A stretch of 32,000 nt of DNA from Cylindrospermopsis raciborskii Cr2010 (GCF_003367075.2 NZ_CP065936.1:180001-212000); one strand, 5' to 3'. Positions 16,643-27,461 are shown, counted from the stretch's first letter. Numbers and translations: made by a program. Notes: a model not told the origin generated them from the sequence alone.

Positions 16643-18328
16643 TTACAAACTAAACTCATCGAATTTAATAACTGGAGAATTGGGATTTGTTGTATCGAAG
16701 CGATAACTGCTAACAGTACCGGTTTCAGTGTCAAAAATAGTAAAAACTGTGAACTGATTGCTTGCAATATAAGGTAAGGGTTGACCATCTTCCCCTAGGA
16801 GTGGAGAAATAGTAGGTGTGATTGGTGGTAAACCATTGGGATTACCACTTGCTATGTAGTCTTGTGGAAAATCCTCTTGATATTGCTGGGGGATGTCTCG
16901 CTCTCTTTTTCCCCAAGCAGCACCGTAGGAATTACCCACATTAGAAGTTTCTAAAAAGTTGATTCCTCCTTGATTGAGAAACCGATTCCACAGGTGGGAG
17001 TGTCCATAAAAGACTAGTTGAACTTTGGCCTGCTCTAGTAAGGGTATCAAGTCACGAATTATATAATCGGTGTTCTTTGGATATTGATAGGTTACAGACT
17101 GAATATTCCCTAATTCATCTTTTTCAATAATCTGTAAGGGATTAGTATAAGGTGGGACAATATTATCACCTAGGGTATGTGCTGGATGGTGAAACATTAC
17201 CACTTTATATTTTGCTTGTTCAAATTCAGGACTGTTTAATTCTTCCTCGAGCCAAATATATTGGTCACTTCCTGGAACAATTGGTTCATAAATTATTTGG
17301 CCATATCCCCAATTTTCAGGGGAGGAAAGTTGCTGGTTTGATTCCTTATATCTACCTTTGATAGGGGACTCTAATTTGGGATTTCGCCACGCGTTCGTCA
17401 CATATAAGACTATTAATCTCACATCCCCAAAACTGAGGGCGTAATAGGTTTTTCCCCCGGTTTTACTCTCGGGTAAACTAAAAATTTCCTCGTAGGTAAT
17501 AGTATTAAAACTATAGTCTTTTAAATATTCTTTTCCACAAACTTCATTATAGCATTCCTGAGCAATTTCCCGGGGAATGGTATCATTAAATTCCTGGTTT
17601 AAACTAATATTTCCCGTATATCTTCCCATAATCTCATGATTACCAACACAGGGGAACAAGGGAGCATTCTGAATAATCTTACCACCGGTATAGGTAAGTT
17701 TTTCCCCGTTATATTCCATAGTATATTGGGCACGACCTTGTAAACCTGGAAAAAAAGCATTACCGCGAAGATCATCAAACCATTCTGAAGCGCGGTCTGG
17801 CACATTGACTAAGTCTCCAGCAAACCACACCGCGTCAACTACACCGACCGTTTCCACCACTTTCTGTAAATTGGCCGCTGTCATTGGTTTTAATTGGTGA
17901 TCGGAGGTGAGAAGAATTTTCAGGGGTTTACCTGGTTGGGGAATAGGTGTAAGGGTAAAAACCTCACTGTTTATTTTCACCCCATCTTCTGTTATGCTTG
18001 TTACATAGTAGGGAATCCGTAAATTGGGGGTTAGATCCGTAATTTCTGCTTCCTGTCGCCAAATATCTCGTTGAACTGGTTTTTGGTAAACTTGTCCTTT
18101 TTTTCTTTGCTCTTTTACCCTGGAGTCCTGATCTTCTCTGACGCGAGTCAGTTTTGTGGTTTGAGCAATGGTGGTTTTTTCCAGATGATGACCATGAGTA
18201 ACTAAATGCTGCTCACCCGCAAATTCTGTAAACCAAACCACCCGCACCGAATTGACCATTGGTAGTTGTAGAAATGGATCTGTTAACAGTTGAGGTTTTG
18301 ATGTCATTTGGGAAAACTGTGCGGTCAT
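16643..18328 (-). CDS. metallophosphoesterase (calcineurin-like / purple-acid-phosphatase-like)
   Basis: 561 aa with metallophos motifs (LLTSDHQ, AGDLVN, VGNHE, VMFHHP, GHSHLWN). Confidence 0.85.
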   Translation of the reverse strand: MTAQFSQMTSKPQLLTDPFLQLPMVNSVRVVWFTEFAGEQHLVTHGHHLEKTTIAQTTKLTRVREDQDSRVKEQRKKGQVYQKPVQRDIWRQEAEITDLTPNLRIPYYVTSITEDGVKINSEVFTLTPIPQPGKPLKILLTSDHQLKPMTAANLQKVVETVGVVDAVWFAGDLVNVPDRASEWFDDLRGNAFFPGLQGRAQYTMEYNGEKLTYTGGKIIQNAPLFPCVGNHEIMGRYTGNISLNQEFNDTIPREIAQECYNEVCGKEYLKDYSFNTITYEEIFSLPESKTGGKTYYALSFGDVRLIVLYVTNAWRNPKLESPIKGRYKESNQQLSSPENWGYGQIIYEPIVPGSDQYIWLEEELNSPEFEQAKYKVVMFHHPAHTLGDNIVPPYTNPLQIIEKDELGNIQSVTYQYPKNTDYIIRDLIPLLEQAKVQLVFYGHSHLWNRFLNQGGINFLETSNVGNSYGAAWGKRERDIPQQYQEDFPQDYIASGNPNGLPPITPTISPLLGEDGQPLPYIASNQFTVFTIFDTETGTVSSYRFDTTNPNSPVIKFDEFSL

Positions 18329-18368
18329 GGTTATACTATCTTACCATTGTATCATATCACCACAACCT

Positions 18369-19202
18369 ATGAACACCCGAAAATCTCCCATCCAAATTTT
18401 TGGTGTATACGCCCTATTACTGGCGATCGCTCTTTTGACTCTTTTTCCCTTACTATGGCTAATTAGTACTGCTTTAAAATCACCTACGGAGAATCTTTTA
18501 GAGACTCCGCCAAAACTCTTACCCCTTCAACCCACCTTAGATAACTTCGTCCGGGTTTGGGAGTCCTTACCGTTTGGACAATATCTATACAATAGTTTTT
18601 TAGTAGCCATATTAACAGTAGTTTTGAACCTATTGTTTTGTTCCCTAGCAGCTTATCCCCTAGCTAGACTTTCATTTCTGGGGAGAAATACCATTTTTAT
18701 TGCCATTGTTTCCACAATTATGATTCCCTTTCAGATTGTGATGATTCCCCTGTATATCATCACCGTTCAATTGGGTTTAACCAACAGTTATTTAGGAATG
18801 ATTTTTCCCAGTTTAGCCTCTGCTTTCGGTATATTTCTGTTGAGACAAGCTTTTATGGGAGTGCCAAAAGAAATAGAAGAAGCTGCTCGTATAGATGGTA
18901 GTTCCGAATTGGGATTATGGTGGTTCATCATGCTACCAGCTATCAAACCAGCATTAATCACCTTGGCAATTTTTGTGTTTATTGGAGCTTGGAGTGACTT
19001 TCTGTGGCCATTAATTGTTATCCAGGATGAAAGCCTATATACCTTACCACTAGGGGTAGCTAAATTAGCAGGTACATTTTCCTTAGATTGGCGATTGGTA
19101 GCTGCTGGGTCAATTATTTCCGTTGCTCCTGTTTTACTCTTATTCTTATTTTTACAGAAGTTTATTGTGCCTACAGATACAGGCAGTGGCATCAAAGGTT
19201 AG
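18369..19202 (+). CDS. carbohydrate ABC transporter permease (MalG-type)
   Basis: The track ORF starts at 18327. I prefer ATG 18369 (MNTRKSPIQIFGVYALLLAIALLTLFPLLWLISTALK). Multiple TM segments and the EAA loop EAARIDGSSELGLWWFIMLP are present. Confidence 0.85.
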   Translation: MNTRKSPIQIFGVYALLLAIALLTLFPLLWLISTALKSPTENLLETPPKLLPLQPTLDNFVRVWESLPFGQYLYNSFLVAILTVVLNLLFCSLAAYPLARLSFLGRNTIFIAIVSTIMIPFQIVMIPLYIITVQLGLTNSYLGMIFPSLASAFGIFLLRQAFMGVPKEIEEAARIDGSSELGLWWFIMLPAIKPALITLAIFVFIGAWSDFLWPLIVIQDESLYTLPLGVAKLAGTFSLDWRLVAAGSIISVAPVLLLFLFLQKFIVPTDTGSGIKG

Positions 19203-19334
19203 AAGCCCTTGTTCATTTGTTCATTATAGCTGTAGCCATTTAAAAGGGGGGTGGAAGCGAGTTGAGTAGCTACCCATTAACCCTTCATATAGCATTATGG
19301 CTAAAGCTATAATTAAAATATACCCAACAGCAAA

Positions 19335-20924
19335 CTAAACAGGTCTATAAACTCGATAATTAATGCTAGGGAAAATATTATCCATTAACTCAACCTTCTC
19401 TAGCCAACCGCTATCAACCTTGCCAATTTTAACATCTTCGTAAATTTTGTTAAACCGCATCAAATGAGACCTTGTTCTTCTTACCGCGTATGGAACCATT
19501 GTTCCTGTACGCATAATAAATGCCCAGTCAGAAGATTGTGCCAACAACAATTCCCGTGCTGCTTGATTCAATGCTTTCCACTGTAGTTCATCCGCTGGTT
19601 CAAGGCGAGAAAGTTCGATCATTCTTTCAGCAGCTTTATGTAAGTGAGCATAAATCCAGGCATTAGTATCATTTAACCAGTATTCATGGAAACCCTTGTA
19701 ACCCCAACTAGATTGGGAGGGACGACAAACTTGCTGATAGGGATTATCTCGTAAGTAATCTGCCAAATGGGTCATTTGATATGTCCCCTGGTCATACCAG
19801 GACTTACGAAATAGATAATCAATAAACCAAGGACCTTCATACCACCAATGACCAAACAACTCCGCATCATAGGGGGAAATAATAATTGGGGGTCTACCCA
19901 TAATACCATGTAGATGTTCGGTCTGCTTCTCCCGATTATACATGAAGTTAGCAGCATGTTCTGCGGCCTTTTCCTTAGCCCAGTAAGGATCATACAAGGC
20001 TTTGTCGGAAAGACCTAAGCCACGTCCGGTGATTTTATGATACTTAATCCCTATGTTTTTCCGCTGACCATTGGGCATAATATAGGGTTTGATGTATTCA
20101 TATTCCGCTTCCCAACCGAGATCTTTGTAAAATTCCCGATATTCAGCAGCACCAGGATAACCCACTTCCGAAGACCATACCTGTTGTGAAGATTCTTGAT
20201 CACGACCAAAAGCTGCTACTCCTGTTTCTGTAAAAATAGGAGCATAAGTTCCAAAGCGAGGACGGGGACGAGCATATAAAATACCATGACCATCGGTCAA
20301 AAAATATCTTAGTCCAGCATCCGCCAGCATTCGCTCTAAACCTTCATAATAGGCACATTCGGGTAACCAAATTCCCTTGGGTGGTTGACCAAAAGTTTCT
20401 GTGTAATGCTCACAGGCTACCTGAATTTGCGCCCATACGGCTTGGGGATACATTTTCATTAAGGGTAAATACCCATGGGTAGCTCCACAGGTAATGATTT
20501 CTAAGTTATTGCTTTGTTGGTATTCCTGGAAAGCTGTAACTAAATCACCATTGTATTTTTCCCAGACGTGGCGTGCTTCATTGAATTCAGTAGCATAGTG
20601 TTCAGCTAAATAATGCAAATGTCCATGCTGAAGATAGCGTTCTGATTCTAACTCTATTAATTCTTCCAGCTTACTTAGGTGTTGTTCATAGCGTTCTTGC
20701 AATAAGGGATCACGGAGCATGGATACCAATGGTGGTGTCATACTCATAGTGATTTTGAAGTCGATGCCATCCCGCTTCAATCCTTCAAATACTTTGAGCA
20801 AAGGAATGTATGTTTCTGTAATGGCCTCATATAGCCATTCCTCTTCCAGCACATAGTCACTTTCTGGGTGACGAACGAAGGGTAAATGTGCATGGAGTAC
20901 AAGTGCGACGTAGCCTATAGCCAT
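19335..20924 (-). CDS. glycoside hydrolase family 57 protein (1,4-alpha-glucan branching enzyme type)
   Basis: 529 aa. The N-terminus GYVALVLHAHLPFVRHPE...EEWLYEAITETYIPLL and the WLPECAY motif are typical of GH57 branching enzymes. Confidence 0.85.
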   Translation of the reverse strand: MAIGYVALVLHAHLPFVRHPESDYVLEEEWLYEAITETYIPLLKVFEGLKRDGIDFKITMSMTPPLVSMLRDPLLQERYEQHLSKLEELIELESERYLQHGHLHYLAEHYATEFNEARHVWEKYNGDLVTAFQEYQQSNNLEIITCGATHGYLPLMKMYPQAVWAQIQVACEHYTETFGQPPKGIWLPECAYYEGLERMLADAGLRYFLTDGHGILYARPRPRFGTYAPIFTETGVAAFGRDQESSQQVWSSEVGYPGAAEYREFYKDLGWEAEYEYIKPYIMPNGQRKNIGIKYHKITGRGLGLSDKALYDPYWAKEKAAEHAANFMYNREKQTEHLHGIMGRPPIIISPYDAELFGHWWYEGPWFIDYLFRKSWYDQGTYQMTHLADYLRDNPYQQVCRPSQSSWGYKGFHEYWLNDTNAWIYAHLHKAAERMIELSRLEPADELQWKALNQAARELLLAQSSDWAFIMRTGTMVPYAVRRTRSHLMRFNKIYEDVKIGKVDSGWLEKVELMDNIFPSINYRVYRPV

Positions 20925-21050
20925 AATGGTTTTGGGGTTAGAAACTGAGGTTAAATTAGAGATCTGGTTAAATTGGAGATCCGGGGTTGGGTAGAAATTA
21001 ACAATATTTTAAGATAATTATGTTTACTATTGTCACATTTACGGAAGTTC

Positions 21051-21809
21051 ATGAATATTAAAATCAGAAAAAGGAAAATGCTTTTCCTCATTGCCATGGG
21101 GCTAGCAGTTGCCATTTTTACCATAGGTGTAGTTATTGCCCAAACCAGGATGCAGACCCAGTCTACGGGTAGTACCACTACTAGTGTTGAGTCTGTAGGG
21201 CAAAATACTGCACCAGAAACTCCCAGCACCAACTTAAATCCCCAACCTCAGTCCACAGATACTAAAGAACCAGTCAAGGAAAATACCTTGCCAGAAACTC
21301 CCAAAACCAAGCCTAACTCCCAAGCGCAGTTAAGTATCAATGGTATTGGACCAGTAAGGGTAGGAATGAATATTCCTGAAGCTGCTGCTGCTGCTCAGGG
21401 AACCCGCCTATATGTTTCCTATGCTGGTAATGATAGTTGTTATTATCTTGAAGCAGAAGGGCGACTCAAAGGTATATCCTTTATGGTCACTAAAGATGAG
21501 GAAAAAGGTCGTCAGCAAAACATCACCAGTGATGCCATTGCTAGGATAGATATAAACAGTCCAAAAATCACTACGGTTTCAGGTGCCAAAATTGGGGACA
21601 CAGAAGAAAAAATCAAATCCCTTTACCCTCCTGAACAAATTGAAGTTAAAACCCACGAATATAATCCCAAGGGACATTATTTGATTTTTGTTCCTAAAGA
21701 ACAGACAGACAACAAGTATCGCGTGGTTTTTGAAACCGATGGTAAGCAGGTTACTAGCTTTAGGTCGGGTAAGCTACCAGAGGTGGGATATGTGGAGGGA
21801 TGTAGTTAA
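21051..21809 (+). CDS. hypothetical secreted/membrane-anchored protein
   Basis: I chose ATG 21051 over the track TTG at 21030. It has a basic N-terminus plus a hydrophobic anchor (MLFLIAMGLAVAIFTIGVVIA), a Thr/Pro/Gln-rich linker, then a ~150-aa globular region that I do not recognise. Confidence 0.6.
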   Translation: MNIKIRKRKMLFLIAMGLAVAIFTIGVVIAQTRMQTQSTGSTTTSVESVGQNTAPETPSTNLNPQPQSTDTKEPVKENTLPETPKTKPNSQAQLSINGIGPVRVGMNIPEAAAAAQGTRLYVSYAGNDSCYYLEAEGRLKGISFMVTKDEEKGRQQNITSDAIARIDINSPKITTVSGAKIGDTEEKIKSLYPPEQIEVKTHEYNPKGHYLIFVPKEQTDNKYRVVFETDGKQVTSFRSGKLPEVGYVEGCS

Positions 21810-21885
21810 AGCTTAGGAAAAATTAGGACTTGCTGTTATCACAATAAGTCCTATTTAAAACTACATACCCGCGATTACTTATGTT

Positions 21886-23217
21886 TTATGTACGGATTAT
21901 TTTTGCCCCAACTTGCTGTAATTTAGTATCTAATCTATCATAGCCACGATCTAAATGTTTTAGTCCTTGAATAATCGTTTCTCCTTGTGCTGCAAGACCG
22001 GCTAACACTAGTGCTGCGGATGCTCTTAGGTCTGTACCGATAACTGGTGCCCCTGATAATATTGGTACACCCCGAACAAATGCCGTATTACTCTTAACGC
22101 GAATTTCCGCTCCTAACCGGTTTAACTCAGAAGCATGACTCAACCGGTTTTCAAAAACCGATTCGTTAATAATACTATCACCATCAGCTATGCTTAATAG
22201 TGCCATGAATTGCGCTTGCATATCTGTAGGAAACCCTGGATGGGGTAAAGTATCAATGTTGGTAGCTTTGAGTTTTTGTGCAGGTTTTACCCGCAAGCAG
22301 TCTGTACCTTCTTGGAGGATGGACACACCAATATCTTTCAACTTAGCAATTACAGGGATTAAATGGTCTGATTTAACTGGAGATAGCAGCAATTCGGAGT
22401 GAGTAATCGCAGCAGCAATTAAAAATGTACCTGCTTCAATGCGATCAGGAATAATACTATATTCGGTAGAGTGCAGTTTATCAACACCGACGATGGTAAT
22501 TGTACCTGTGCCCGCACCTTGAATTTTTGCCCCCATAGAATTACAGAAGTTAGCCAAATCTACTACTTCTGGCTCTCGGGCAGCATTTTCAATGATGGTT
22601 TCTCCATCAGCTAGAGTAGCAGCCATCATCAAGGTTTCTGTGGCACCAACACTGGGAGTATCTAAATAAATTCGCGCACCTTGTAATCTACCATTGTTAC
22701 CAGTAACCTGGGCATGACAAATTCCATGTTCAATCTCCATATCTGCTCCCATGGCTTGTAGTCCGCGAACATGTAGATCAACGGGTCTGGCACCAATAGC
22801 GCAACCTCCTGGTAAAGGCATTTGTGCTACACCTAATCGAGCTAAAATTGGACCAATGGCAAAAAAGCTTGCCCGCAACTGGGTTACCAGTTCATAGGGT
22901 GCTTTAGATGTGGTAATATCTCTAGCATTAATATTCAGTGTATCCTTATGCCTTTCCACGGATAAACCTAAAGCAGTTAAAACTTGCCCCATACTTTCTA
23001 CGTCCGCTAACAAAGGGACATTACTAATCCGACAATCTCCAGAGCAAAGCAAAGCTCCAGCCATGATTACCAGGGCTGAATTTTTGGCCCCGCTAATTCT
23101 TACATTCCCTTCCAGGGAATATCCACCACAAATTTTTAAGACTGAGGAGTCTACTTGGGTATCTGACAGGGTGCTAGGAGAATTAATAAGTCTACCTCCT
23201 TTAAGATTTACGGTCAT
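21886..23217 (-). CDS. murA: UDP-N-acetylglucosamine 1-carboxyvinyltransferase
   Basis: 443 aa. [15 protein letters not shown], the active-site region [15 protein letters not shown], and [10 protein letters not shown] at the C-terminus are all present. Confidence 0.95.
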   Translation of the reverse strand: MTVNLKGGRLINSPSTLSDTQVDSSVLKICGGYSLEGNVRISGAKNSALVIMAGALLCSGDCRISNVPLLADVESMGQVLTALGLSVERHKDTLNINARDITTSKAPYELVTQLRASFFAIGPILARLGVAQMPLPGGCAIGARPVDLHVRGLQAMGADMEIEHGICHAQVTGNNGRLQGARIYLDTPSVGATETLMMAATLADGETIIENAAREPEVVDLANFCNSMGAKIQGAGTGTITIVGVDKLHSTEYSIIPDRIEAGTFLIAAAITHSELLLSPVKSDHLIPVIAKLKDIGVSILQEGTDCLRVKPAQKLKATNIDTLPHPGFPTDMQAQFMALLSIADGDSIINESVFENRLSHASELNRLGAEIRVKSNTAFVRGVPILSGAPVIGTDLRASAALVLAGLAAQGETIIQGLKHLDRGYDRLDTKLQQVGAKIIRT

Positions 23218-23338
23218 AGGTGTTCGCGTTCAGTTTTAGATTCTACAGCAAAGTTTACTAGTTCTCTTGACAATCCCCAAGATTTACGTCATCATATTAA
23301 GTCAGCAGTGAAATGCGGTAAAATACTAAATGTAATGT

Positions 23339-23420
23339 GCGGAACTGGCGGAATTGGCAGACGCGCTAGATTCAGGTTCTAGTGCCGTAAGGCTTCCGGG
23401 TTCAAGTCCCGGGTTCCGCA
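23339..23420 (+). tRNA. tRNA-Leu (anticodon CAG), class II with long variable arm
   Basis: Hand-folded. Acceptor stem GCGGAAC/GTTCCGC plus discriminator A; anticodon stem CTAGA/TCTAG with loop TTCAGGT; variable arm GCC-GTAA-GGC; T arm CCGGG-TTCAAGT-CCCGG. No encoded CCA. Confidence 0.9.
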
Positions 23421-23450
23421 TTCGGGCAATTATTAGTCCTTTGGAGTGTT

Positions 23451-24242
23451 GTGCTGACCAGTTTACAAAATCCTCTAGTTAAGCAGATCCGTAAGTTACA
23501 CTCCCCTAAGGAGAGACATAAACAACAGTTGTTTGTGTTGGAGGGAACCCATTTAATTACAGAGGCTTGTAGTGTAAATTACCCGTTGGAAACGGTTTGT
23601 TGCACTATGGATTGGCAAAATTCCCATTCGGAATTGTGGCAAAATGTTTGTAATGCTTGTCATCGTACAGAAATAGTCAGCCAAGAGGTTTTAGCAGCTA
23701 TGGCCACCACGGTCCAACCGGATGGTGTGGTGGCCATGGTCAAACGTTGTGAGGATCACCCCATTCCCATGACGGGGTTGGCTCTAGCTCTGGAAACTAT
23801 TCAGGATCCAGGCAATTTGGGAACTATTATCCGTACTGCTGCTGCTGTGGATGCTTCCGGTTTATGGTTAAGTAATGATAGTGTGGATTTAGACCATCCT
23901 AAGGTTTTGCGGGCTTCTGCTGGCCAGTGGTTTCGCTTAAAAAAGCAGGTGAGTCACAACCTAAAGGACACTGTACAAGATTGTCAACGAGGAGGTATGC
24001 AAGTGGTTGCTACCCTACCAACCGCTGAGTTAACCTATTGGCAAGTGGATTGGTCTTTACCCAGTCTTATTTTACTGGGCAATGAAGGTGCTGGTTTATC
24101 AGATGAATTGGCAACAATGGCAAATATACAAGTTAAAATACCTCTTAGCCCTCAAGTTGAATCCTTAAATGTGGCTATATCTGCCTCTTTAATATTATAT
24201 GAGGCGCAGCGACAAAAAACTTGTGGAAAAAATACAAATTAG
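23451..24242 (+). CDS. TrmH/SpoU-family RNA 2'-O-methyltransferase (RlmB-like)
   Basis: 263 aa with a GTG start. The N-terminal substrate-binding region is NPLVKQIRKL. SpoU motifs are IQDPGNLGTIIRTAAA, LLGNEGAGLS and ESLNVAISASLILYE. Confidence 0.85.
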   Translation: MLTSLQNPLVKQIRKLHSPKERHKQQLFVLEGTHLITEACSVNYPLETVCCTMDWQNSHSELWQNVCNACHRTEIVSQEVLAAMATTVQPDGVVAMVKRCEDHPIPMTGLALALETIQDPGNLGTIIRTAAAVDASGLWLSNDSVDLDHPKVLRASAGQWFRLKKQVSHNLKDTVQDCQRGGMQVVATLPTAELTYWQVDWSLPSLILLGNEGAGLSDELATMANIQVKIPLSPQVESLNVAISASLILYEAQRQKTCGKNTN

Positions 24243-24260
24243 TATTTGACAAGAAAGAGA

Positions 24261-24827
24261 ATGAGTCAGTTCTTGATTAGGACTTTTACTAGTCTCAGTA
24301 TGTTGGTAGGGTTTATGGTAATATCAGGTTGTAACATGTCCTTATTTGAGAATACAAATATTAAAGACGTTGTAGAGAAAGTAAGTGATGGAGACACATT
24401 GATATTAAGAGATGGTAGTGGAGAAAAACACAAAGTACGACTGGGTTGTATAGATGCACCAGAGATACCCCATTCCCATAAGCAAAAGAGGAGTAAAAAA
24501 AGGCGGGATATGAATCAGTTTAATTGGGGGGTAAGGGCAAAAAATCGTCTGGCACAATTGATTAAAAATTCAGGGCGTAGGGTGAAAATAAATGTTGTTG
24601 ACCAGGACGAATATGGTAGAAAAGTTATAGAATTGCGGTTGAGAGATGATACTTTAGTGCAAGAAGTTTTATTGACAGAAGGCTTGGCAAAAGTCCATCC
24701 GGAATACATGAAACTATGTAGTAGTAAAGATATTATGTTACAGGCACAAACCCAGGCCCAAAGACAAAAAATAGGAATTTGGGGTGATGATGAATTTATT
24801 AATCCCTGGGAATATCGCAAACTATAG
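24261..24827 (+). CDS. thermonuclease (staphylococcal-nuclease-like) family lipoprotein
   Basis: I prefer ATG 24261 over the track TTG 24246. A lipobox-like VISGC follows the hydrophobic segment. SNase motifs are present (DGDTLILRDGSGEKHKVRLGCIDAPE, DEYGRKVIELRL, LLTEGLAKV). Confidence 0.8.
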   Translation: MSQFLIRTFTSLSMLVGFMVISGCNMSLFENTNIKDVVEKVSDGDTLILRDGSGEKHKVRLGCIDAPEIPHSHKQKRSKKRRDMNQFNWGVRAKNRLAQLIKNSGRRVKINVVDQDEYGRKVIELRLRDDTLVQEVLLTEGLAKVHPEYMKLCSSKDIMLQAQTQAQRQKIGIWGDDEFINPWEYRKL

Positions 24828-24885
24828 GGTGGGTGGTGGTTTTTAAAAACCACAGTTAGGATATATAATTTAGAGTTAATTTACG

Positions 24886-25725
24886 ATGACTAACAACCAA
24901 TTGCCCAAGTACGAATCCTTAGTGAGATCATCCGGTATGTCAGACCAACCCTTGATTGAACTGAGAGGTGTTTCTAAATCATTTGGAAGAACCAGGGTTT
25001 TAGACAGTGTGGATTTACAAATTTACAGAGGAGAAGCACTCGGAATTATTGGACCATCAGGAACGGGAAAATCAACCATCCTAAGAATTATAGCAGGCCT
25101 ACTAGAACCTGATGCAGGAGAAATTTATATTCAAGGAAAAAAACGCAATGGTTTAATTGAAGATAATAAAGACCCCATTGGCATTGGCATGGTATTTCAA
25201 CAGGCGGCCCTGTTTGATTCCTTAAATGTAGATGAAAATGTGGGGTTCCTATTATATCAAAAATCAAAACTGGCCTCCAATCGCATTCGCAACCTAGTCA
25301 ACGAAAAATTAGAAATGGTGGGGTTATCAGCTGAAATTGCTAATCTTTACCCTTCGGAACTTTCTGGTGGGATGCGAAAAAGGGTAAGTTTTGCCCGTGC
25401 TATCATGTCCAATCCCGACTATCCCCGTGATACTCCGGAAGTTCTACTATATGATGAACCTACTGCTGGGCTTGATCCAATCGCTTCTACCGTTATAGAA
25501 GATTTAATCCGTAACTTGCAACATACTCAAGGCGTTTGTAGTACCTACTGCATTGTTACCCACCAGGATAGCACAATCAGACGCACAGCGGATAAGTTAA
25601 TATTTCTTTACCAAGGCAAGGTACAATGGCAAGGTAAAATAAGTGAAATAGATTACACTGATAATCAGTTAATCAGACAATTTATGAGTGGTAGTATCCA
25701 GGGACCAATTCAGGTGATTGGCTAA
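24886..25725 (+). CDS. ABC transporter ATP-binding protein, MlaF/TGD3-like
   Basis: Walker A GPSGTGKST, signature LSGGMRKRVSFA, Walker B LLYDEPTAGLD. It lies immediately upstream of an MCE/MlaD gene. Confidence 0.85.
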   Translation: MTNNQLPKYESLVRSSGMSDQPLIELRGVSKSFGRTRVLDSVDLQIYRGEALGIIGPSGTGKSTILRIIAGLLEPDAGEIYIQGKKRNGLIEDNKDPIGIGMVFQQAALFDSLNVDENVGFLLYQKSKLASNRIRNLVNEKLEMVGLSAEIANLYPSELSGGMRKRVSFARAIMSNPDYPRDTPEVLLYDEPTAGLDPIASTVIEDLIRNLQHTQGVCSTYCIVTHQDSTIRRTADKLIFLYQGKVQWQGKISEIDYTDNQLIRQFMSGSIQGPIQVIG

Positions 25726-25749
25726 TAACCAGTATGAAAGGGGGATTGA

Positions 25750-27162
25750 ATGAGTGGATTCAAGACTACAAGGACTTTTAGGGAAGGTGCAGTAGGATTA
25801 ATATTCCTAATTGGTTTGGGAGCATTTGGTGTTATTTTTTTATGGCTAAATCGAGTGACTCCAGGACGTAGTTCCTATCAGGTAATAGTGGAATTTGCTG
25901 ATGCTGGAGGTATGCAAAAAGGCGATCCTGTCCGCTATCGCGGGGTGAAAGTGGGTAGTATTGCCAGGATGACTACTAAACCAAATGCGGTGGAAGTCGA
26001 GCTGGAAATCAATGACCCTAATTTGCTAATACCCGCCGATTCCAGAATAGAAGCTAATCAAAGTGGTTTAATCAGTGAAAGTATTGTTGATATTACTCCC
26101 CTAGGTGATGTTACCTTAGATCCTAACACTGCTAAACCCCTGGATAAGGATTGTAATCCCGGTTTGATAATCTGTCATCAGTCCGGTAAGTTAAGGGGTC
26201 AAATTGGCACTAGTGTTGACAGACTAATTAGACAGTCGTCGGATTTTGCTGATAGATATGGAAATCAGCAGTTTTACGATAATATTAATCGTTTGTTAAT
26301 TACTTCCACAGATGCAGCGGCTAGTATAGCTAAGCTAAGTCGAGAATTACAAATTGCCAGCAGAAGTTTTCAGGGAGAAGTGGGAAAATTTTCTGATACT
26401 GCTGTGACTATTCAACGTGCAACTAATGAACTCACTGCTACTACTAAACAAACAGCAGCACAGATAAATACAACCGCTGGTGATTTCAGTACAGCAGCAA
26501 AGCAAGCGGGTAAACTAATTAATAATCTCGATGATTTATTGACTACAAATCGTTCAGCATTAGTCAGTACTTTGAATAATATTAACGAAACAAGCAATCA
26601 ATTGAGGCAAACAGTTAATGCGCTGTCACCAGCCGTAACCAGATTAACCCAAGGAGATATACTCAAAAACCTGGAGATTCTCTCAGCTAATGCAGCAGAG
26701 GCTTCGATTAGTTTAAAAGATGCTAGTAAGACTTTAGCAGATCCTAAAAACATAGTTTTATTACAGCAGACACTGGATGCGGCAAGAGTCACCTTTGAAA
26801 ATACTCAAAAAATCACATCTGATTTAGATGAGTTAACGGGAGATCCTAAATTCCGGCAAAATTTGTTGCAACTGGTGAATGGGTTGAATAAGTTGCTATC
26901 TTCCACGGGGGATATGCAGGAACAAACAAAAGTGGCCTTGACTTTAGACTCGATTAAACTATCAATCAATCAGGGTCAGTCTAAGTCAGAAACAACCTCC
27001 GATTTAGGATTTAGCAATCATGGAGTAAAAGCAGAAAAGTTGGAAAAACAAGAAAATCGAGTGGTTCCTTCCGTTCCTGCAACTCCCAATCCGGTGACAG
27101 AAATTACCCCTGTACCCGAGTTATTACCAGAGCCAGTTTTGCCATCCTCCCAGGAACCATAG
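25750..27162 (+). CDS. MlaD/MCE-family protein with long helical C-terminal extension (TGD2-like)
   Basis: It has an N-terminal TM segment (AVGLIFLIGLGAFGVIFLWL) and an MCE core (GGMQKGDPVRYRGVKVGSI...V.L.I). About 300 aa of Thr/Ala/Gln/Asn/Leu-rich, helix-like sequence and a Pro-rich tail follow. Confidence 0.8.
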   Translation: MSGFKTTRTFREGAVGLIFLIGLGAFGVIFLWLNRVTPGRSSYQVIVEFADAGGMQKGDPVRYRGVKVGSIARMTTKPNAVEVELEINDPNLLIPADSRIEANQSGLISESIVDITPLGDVTLDPNTAKPLDKDCNPGLIICHQSGKLRGQIGTSVDRLIRQSSDFADRYGNQQFYDNINRLLITSTDAAASIAKLSRELQIASRSFQGEVGKFSDTAVTIQRATNELTATTKQTAAQINTTAGDFSTAAKQAGKLINNLDDLLTTNRSALVSTLNNINETSNQLRQTVNALSPAVTRLTQGDILKNLEILSANAAEASISLKDASKTLADPKNIVLLQQTLDAARVTFENTQKITSDLDELTGDPKFRQNLLQLVNGLNKLLSSTGDMQEQTKVALTLDSIKLSINQGQSKSETTSDLGFSNHGVKAEKLEKQENRVVPSVPATPNPVTEITPVPELLPEPVLPSSQEP

Positions 27163-27164
27163 GT

Positions 27165-27461
27165 CTAATTCCAATCTTCTTCCTCTCTTTTAGCACGACT
27201 TTTGTAAATCCCGCCTACATGGTGAATGGCTCGTGTTTTGACAAAGAGTTCTTCCGCAGTCAAACCCCAGAGTTGCAAAATGCGGTCTAAATCATTCTGT
27301 AGGTCCCGAGCTCCTGGAAAACCCTGATATCTGATTTTTAGTCGAGCCAGTTCCGCTAAATTATAATCTGTTTTCTCCTCAGATAGTAGACTATTAATAG
27401 TCAGGCGATCGCTGTGATAGCGGGGGTGATTTTGTTCCTTGGAGGGAGAAGCATCTGTCAT
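27165..27461 (-). CDS. DUF3288-like conserved cyanobacterial protein
   Basis: 98 aa. YNLAELARLKIRYQGFPGARDLQNDLDRIL..WGLTAEELF.KTR matches my recollection of the DUF3288 family. This is from memory and was not searched. Confidence 0.6.
   Translation of the reverse strand: MTDASPSKEQNHPRYHSDRLTINSLLSEEKTDYNLAELARLKIRYQGFPGARDLQNDLDRILQLWGLTAEELFVKTRAIHHVGGIYKSRAKREEEDWN

Noticed and set aside
18327-18368. Permease start at 18327, overlapping the divergent phosphoesterase start codon
   Set aside because: The extra 14 residues (MVILSYHCIISPQP) look non-native. ATG 18369 gives a typical basic N-terminus followed by TM1.
24886-27162. MlaF-MlaD pair lacking an adjacent MlaE permease as a possible anomaly
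   Set aside because: As far as I recall, TGD/Mla components are commonly split across loci in cyanobacteria. Long helical C-terminal extensions are also common in MCE proteins. Not unusual enough to report.
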